Virus record (IMG/VR): IMGVR_UViG_3300010938_000951
Span: 186,001-250,000 of that record
Reading direction: 5' to 3' (one strand)
Length of the DNA stretch: 64,000 bases
Shown here: in pieces, positions 62,873-64,000 of the stretch
Layout: each line of letters begins with the position of its first letter
Position numbering within the stretch: the stretch's first letter is position 1
The notes under the pieces: generated by a model
What the model saw: the letters and a program-made list of their open reading frames with translations, nothing else
Told to the model about the DNA's origin: nothing
The model's database searches: none
Program-made: the position numbers and the translations under genes

Positions 62873-63559
62873 ATGAAAAACCAAAGCGTATCAGATTTTG
62901 TAGCTGCAACAATGAATGCAGTTCTAAACAGCAAAGAACACAAATCGCTGTTTGATGTCCAGTACAAGTATGCTCAAGACATGAATGATGCAAAGCATAA
63001 GAAAGATTCTATGTGCGCCGAGCACGGTAAGATGGATTCATGTGAGGCAGATGATAACGATGCTCGCAAGGCAAAGAAGGATTCTGACGAAGACGAATCT
63101 TCTGCATGGGATGATAATGATGCTCGCAAGAAGAAGGATCCTGATGATGACGATTCTTGCATGGCCGATGATGATAATGATGCACGCAAGAAGAAGGATT
63201 CTGACGAAGACGACTCTTCTGCCGATGATGGTCTAGAGACTTCTGCCGCATTTGATGTTGCTATTGATAGTCTTCTAACTGCATCTGCCGCCCTTGATTC
63301 TGTTGGTCTTGGACGTGGTTCTGCTCTTACTTTGAAGATTGCCTCTCTAGTTGTTGAAGCTAAGAAGAAGGACAAGGATTCTAAGAAGAAGGATTCTAAG
63401 AAAGATTCTAAGAAGGACTCACAGTCTGCTAAAGACAAGAAGTCTGACAAGAAGGACTCCAAGAAGGATTCTAAGAAAGACTCACAGTCTGCCAAGGATA
63501 AGAAGTCTTCTGATAAGAAAGACTCTAAGAAGGACGACAAGAAGTCTTCTAAGAAATAA
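62873..63559 (+). CDS. low-complexity K/D/S-rich protein (putative internal head/DNA-binding)
   Basis: GAGGA SD; DDNDARKKKD x3 and KKDS repeats. Confidence 0.8.
   Translation: MKNQSVSDFVAATMNAVLNSKEHKSLFDVQYKYAQDMNDAKHKKDSMCAEHGKMDSCEADDNDARKAKKDSDEDESSAWDDNDARKKKDPDDDDSCMADDDNDARKKKDSDEDDSSADDGLETSAAFDVAIDSLLTASAALDSVGLGRGSALTLKIASLVVEAKKKDKDSKKKDSKKDSKKDSQSAKDKKSDKKDSKKDSKKDSQSAKDKKSSDKKDSKKDDKKSSKK
63050..63230 (+). repeat. three degenerate 60-nt coding repeats (DDNDARK..KD)
   Basis: Copies begin at 63050, 63110 and 63170. Confidence 0.85.
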
Positions 63560-63573
63560 TTATCAGAGGAATA

Positions 63574-64000
63574 ATGTTCAAACAAGGCAGCTTTGAGGAC
63601 GAACTCTATCGTTCGATGGAGAAGACTTTAGTCAAAAACCAAACCGAAAATAGACACGGATTCAATAAGCTAGCCAAAGCTACTGATCTTTTGAATACTG
63701 CGGCCGATATTTTCGACCGTGCAGGCATGCGCAAAGAATCAGAAGAAGTTACAAAAGTCTTGCGATCAGTTGCTATTGATCAATTGATCAGCGAGGCTTT
63801 TTCTTTGTCTGATTTAATGAGTAAAATCGATGTTTTAGGCATCAATGAGCATGATTTGCATAATATGTTAGAAATGTCTACGCCAGCTCAATTGATTACT
63901 TTGGCAAAGAAAATTGCTAGTGTTCTTAAAGGAGATAGCTCTCTATCCGAAGAGGCAGAGAAGTTAGCTAAAGAACATGATATTACTGATCCAGAAGTTA
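63574..64000 (+). CDS. hypothetical protein, 3'-truncated by the window (MFKQGSFEDELYRSMEKTL...)
   Basis: GAGGA SD; open to the window end. Confidence 0.75.
   Translation, partial: MFKQGSFEDELYRSMEKTLVKNQTENRHGFNKLAKATDLLNTAADIFDRAGMRKESEEVTKVLRSVAIDQLISEAFSLSDLMSKIDVLGINEHDLHNMLEMSTPAQLITLAKKIASVLKGDSSLSEEAEKLAKEHDITDPEV

Noticed and set aside
60947-63585. Long minus-strand or alternate-frame ORFs (60947-61495, 62974-63585, 62985-63236; also 32786-33457, 47934-48284, 53645-53977)
   Set aside because: Shadow ORFs of low-complexity or codon-biased sense genes; no SD or promoter and no recognisable motifs.
1-64000. Stop-codon reassignment, as in some large phages
   Set aside because: Conserved enzymes are full length under code 11; TAA and TGA commonly end genes and TAG does too (e.g. 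2075-2077); genes tile tightly.
1-64000. tRNA, rRNA, tmRNA or CRISPR array
   Set aside because: Intergenic gaps are about 125 nt or less and none shows a cloverleaf or repeat-spacer pattern; the repeats found are in-frame coding repeats.

Overview
A gene-dense, AT-rich segment of a jumbo (huge) dsDNA tailed phage. It uses the standard genetic code and is almost entirely + strand. The left ~39 kb encodes host-takeover, proteostasis and replication genes: DksA/TraR, a dead ClpP-like subunit plus an active ClpP, DUF192, an FtsK motor domain, topoisomerase IA, an AAA+ ATPase, ribosomal protein bS21, an MT-A70 methylase with an HNH, a deformylase-SEC-C, an inactive thioredoxin, SbcCD, a dNMP kinase, a Cas4-like nuclease, trigger factor, an M41 peptidase domain, DnaE, RecA, a gp32-like SSB, RuvC, DnaJ, a split DnaG and a sigma region-4 HTH. 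The right ~24 kb is a head-morphogenesis module: many unknown and probably internal head proteins, a possible TerS, a CCA-type nucleotidyltransferase, an inverted HNH gene, TerL, portal, a GH73 hydrolase, a Cys-phosphatase and a 1231-aa prohead protease/scaffold. The capsid gene probably lies beyond the window. I saw no tRNA, rRNA, CRISPR array, intein or IS element. The most unusual signals are: (1) an inverted HNH gene bracketed by two palindromes that mirror the start codons at one end and the stop codons at the other; (2) a candidate head sorting/maturation code made of recurring K-x-A sites, a 15-aa peptide identical in two distant genes, nested scaffold starts and a scaffold-domain paralog 28 kb away; (3) an unannotated 50-aa mini-paralog of the putative TerS C-terminus; (4) tandem beta-clamp-binding-like motifs in a candidate virion protein; (5) a CCA-like enzyme with an altered templating motif; and (6) two recurrent promoter motifs, several positioned for leaderless mRNA. 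All calls come from reading motifs by eye; no database search was run.
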